This document shows, piece by piece, positions 61,415 to 64,000 of a stretch of DNA of 64,000 nt. Each line of letters opens with the position of its first letter. Position 1 is the stretch's first letter. The position numbers and the translations under genes were made by a program. The notes below the pieces were generated by a model that searched no databases, was not told where the DNA came from, and saw nothing but the letters and a program-made list of their open reading frames with translations. The stretch is from NCBI GenBank assembly GCA_963674945.2, contig CAXXWQ010000003.1:1856001-1920000 (forward strand). The letters are read 5' to 3'. The DNA is from an uncultured Desulfosarcina sp. GTDB lineage: Bacteria > Desulfobacterota > Desulfobacteria > Desulfobacterales > Desulfosarcinaceae.

Positions 61415-64000
61415 ATGAATCGCAGAACCTTTCTCAAGATTGCATCCATGGGTAGCGTGGCCTTTGCCGCCGGCTGCTCGGCCAAAACCGAAGACAATCT
61501 GTTCACAATGGTCCAGGCCACCGAAGATATGGTCACAGGCAAGGAGACCTGGTACGCCACCACCTGCCGCGAATGCCCCGCCGGCTGCGGCGTGCTGGCG
61601 AAAAACCGCGAAGGACGGGTGATCAAGCTGGAGGGCAATCCCTTGCACCCGGTCAACCGGGGGGCACTCTGCATACGGGGCCAGGCGGCCCTCCAGGGCG
61701 TGTACAACCCCGACCGGCTGATCCAGCCGATGCTGAAAACCGACGACGGTTGGCAGCCCATCCCGTTTTACGAAGCCGAAGACCTGATCCGTAAACGGGC
61801 CGTCGCCGCCGCCAGAAACGGTGCCAACGGCATCACCATGGTCACGGAAGCCGTCGGTCAGACCCAATTGGACCTTTTCACCAGCGTATTGGCCCATTTC
61901 GACAGCCCGCCGCCGGTGGTGTTCGAACCCATGGCACACGAGGCCCTGCGATTCGCCCACCTGGAGATATTCGGTACGGACACCCTTCCCACATTGCGGA
62001 TGGAACAGGCCGATCTGCTGGTCGGTTTCGGCGCCGACTTTCTGGAAACGTGGCTATCACCCGTTCAGTACGCCCGTAAGTTTAAACAGATGCATGGGTT
62101 CGAGGCGGATCGAAAGGGAATGTTCATCCAGGTGAGCCCCTTCCAATCCCTCACCGGCGCCAATGCCGACCATTGGTTCGGTTGCCGGCCGGGAAGCGAG
62201 GCCGCCGTAATCATGGGATTGATTCACATGGTAATGGCAAACACGGACAACCGGAAAATGACAGGGAGAATCCGGAAGGCCCTTGCCAAGGCAACCGAAT
62301 CCTATTCCCCGAAAACGGTGTCCCGGATCTCGGGCATCACCGAAGAGGATCAGGCCCGCATCGGCAGGCAATTGCTCCTGGCCCGCCGGCCTCTGGTAAT
62401 CGGTTGCGGCTGCGGCAACGACGGAAAACAGGCGGTGGCCGCGGAGATGGCCGCCCTCTTCCTCAACCTGGCGCTGGATCCCGATCTGTCACGATTCGAC
62501 TTTACCAACAGCCACCGGGTGGCGGTGGCCCACAGGCGGTCAACGGTGCTCAACACCTTTTTGACCATGGAGCAGCAACCGGCGGACCTGGTTCTTCTCA
62601 ACAATGTCAATCCGGTCTTCGCCATCCCAAAAGGAAAGCGTATCGCAGATGTGCTGGCCGATGACAAACCCTTCGTCGTCTCCTTTTCCAACTTCATGGA
62701 CGAGACATCGGCGGTCGCCGATCTCGTTGTGCCGGTTCAAATGGCGCTGGAAACCTGGGACGCCTACGAAAGCGACGGCAATACCCTTTCCACCCTTCAG
62801 CCGGCCATGGGAAAGATCACCCAAGCCCCGGCATTGGGCGACCTCTTCCTCAAATTGCTGCCCGAAGATGTCCGTCCTGCCACCGACTATCGAACATTGG
62901 TCTCGCAAACCGTCCTGACCGGCGAACGCAATCCCTCTGTCACCGAATGGCTGGAAATCGCACAACAGGGAGGCCGTTTCTCAGACGAGGAAAATACCGG
63001 CAAAGGCCCGAAGGCCAGGTCCAAGGCCGTGGCTGCCCTCGAAACCTATCTGGCATCCCTGCCCGAACCAGAGGCCGGCCCGACACTGGTCGTACCGCCG
63101 TCCATCCGGTTCTTCGACGGCCGCGGCGCCAATCGCCCATGGCTCATCGAGACGCCGGATACCCTCTCCCAGATTTCCTGGCAGACCGCGGCCCTGGTCC
63201 ATCCGGACACCTTGGCCGCCGCCGGTGCCAAAGATGGCGATGAACTCGTTTTGGGAACCGAAGCCGGAGAAATCTCGATTCCGGCCTTTTCCTATGCCGG
63301 AACCGTCCCGGAAGCCGTGGTCATCTCCAAGGGGCAGGGCCACACCGACTTCGGCCGATGGGCCACCGGACAGGGAGTCGATCCCGTCGCCCTGCTGGCG
63401 TCATCGGTGGAAGAGGCCAGCGGCACACCCGTATCCGGGGCAACCCTGATCGCAATGAAAAAAAACGGACGGTCGGTTGCGCTGGCCATTACTTCGGGAA
63501 GCCGGGTGGCCATGCACCGTAAGATCGTCCCCACGGTGGAGAAGGAAAAAATCGGCCATGGCAACGGTCACGGCAAGCCAGGCCTGACCATGAACGATTT
63601 CCCCCTCACGCCACCGATACCGGAGGGCTATGACCCGAAACGGGATATCTATCCCCCCCATGATCATGCGGATTATCGTTGGGCCATGGTGGTGGACCTG
63701 GACAGGTGTATCGGCTGCAGCGCATGCGTGGCGGCCTGCTATGCCGAAAACAACATCGGCATCGTCGGCGAAAAGCGAATCATCGAAGGTCGGGAGATGG
63801 CCTGGCTGCAGATCCAGCGGTACCATGACCCGGCGAATAGGGCACGGATGACGTTTCTGCCCATGATGTGCCAGCACTGCGATAACGCCCCTTGCGAGGC
63901 GGTCTGCCCGGTCTATGCCCCCCACCACTCCAAGGAGGGGCTCAACAACCAGATCTACAACCGCTGCATCGGTACCCGCTTCTGTGCCCAAAATTGCCCG
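61415..64000 (+). CDS. Molybdopterin-oxidoreductase-like / 4Fe-4S fusion (alternative complex III ActB or QrcB-QrcC type); runs off the window
   Basis: MNRRTFLK Tat motif, lipobox AAGC, CRECPAGC..KLEGNP..LC; C-terminal DLDRCIGCSACVAACYAENN, CQHCDNAPCEAVCPV, YNRCIGTRFCAQNCP. Start and end segments are in the same frame; absent from the ORF track because there is no stop in the window. Confidence 0.9.
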   Translation, partial: MNRRTFLKIASMGSVAFAAGCSAKTEDNLFTMVQATEDMVTGKETWYATTCRECPAGCGVLAKNREGRVIKLEGNPLHPVNRGALCIRGQAALQGVYNPDRLIQPMLKTDDGWQPIPFYEAEDLIRKRAVAAARNGANGITMVTEAVGQTQLDLFTSVLAHFDSPPPVVFEPMAHEALRFAHLEIFGTDTLPTLRMEQADLLVGFGADFLETWLSPVQYARKFKQMHGFEADRKGMFIQVSPFQSLTGANADHWFGCRPGSEAAVIMGLIHMVMANTDNRKMTGRIRKALAKATESYSPKTVSRISGITEEDQARIGRQLLLARRPLVIGCGCGNDGKQAVAAEMAALFLNLALDPDLSRFDFTNSHRVAVAHRRSTVLNTFLTMEQQPADLVLLNNVNPVFAIPKGKRIADVLADDKPFVVSFSNFMDETSAVADLVVPVQMALETWDAYESDGNTLSTLQPAMGKITQAPALGDLFLKLLPEDVRPATDYRTLVSQTVLTGERNPSVTEWLEIAQQGGRFSDEENTGKGPKARSKAVAALETYLASLPEPEAGPTLVVPPSIRFFDGRGANRPWLIETPDTLSQISWQTAALVHPDTLAAAGAKDGDELVLGTEAGEISIPAFSYAGTVPEAVVISKGQGHTDFGRWATGQGVDPVALLASSVEEASGTPVSGATLIAMKKNGRSVALAITSGSRVAMHRKIVPTVEKEKIGHGNGHGKPGLTMNDFPLTPPIPEGYDPKRDIYPPHDHADYRWAMVVDLDRCIGCSACVAACYAENNIGIVGEKRIIEGREMAWLQIQRYHDPANRARMTFLPMMCQHCDNAPCEAVCPVYAPHHSKEGLNNQIYNRCIGTRFCAQNCP

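Noticed and set aside
61310..63991. Many short ORFs on both strands in the track
   Set aside because: All overlap the single long ActB-like frame starting at 61415.

Overview
Mostly core chromosome from a roughly mid-50s %GC bacterium (eyeball estimate). Gene content and order suggest a Desulfobacterales-type deltaproteobacterium (inference). Left to right: a chemotaxis operon (cheY, cheW, an MCP broken by an in-frame TAG, a degenerate cheB) cut off from its sigma28 promoter by an ISAzo13-family IS; crcB; Lrp-dapL-lysA; a ThiS/ThiF pair; ispD; an HPr-domain protein; rnpB; nif3; tRNA-Ile2; rpoD-dnaG; hisB; a YcaO-TPR fusion; a CGGC protein; an AT-rich acyltransferase; a multiheme cytochrome c plus exported rhodanese; tatD; ARH; ubiG/ubiE; a PAS kinase; a RAYT-like HUH transposase bounded by inverted repeats; ubiA; sucA-sucB-lpd; a sigma54-driven ferritin/DUF3786/DUF547/flavoprotein/TVP38 cluster divergent from a rhodanese-ferritin/flavoprotein/truD/pcm/S2P operon; a binding-protein/kinase pair; and a truncated ActB/QrcBC-like gene. 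Best candidate for something new: the two cytochrome ORFs at 30646-31989 form one reading frame across an in-frame TGA followed by a SECIS-like hairpin. This predicts an exported 11-heme selenoprotein (EG-U-GG) co-encoded with a periplasmic rhodanese. Also notable are the IR-bounded HUH transposase unit and four related long palindromic intergenic repeats, two of which show covariation. No CRISPR array or rRNA was seen. All family calls are from motif recognition, not database searches.
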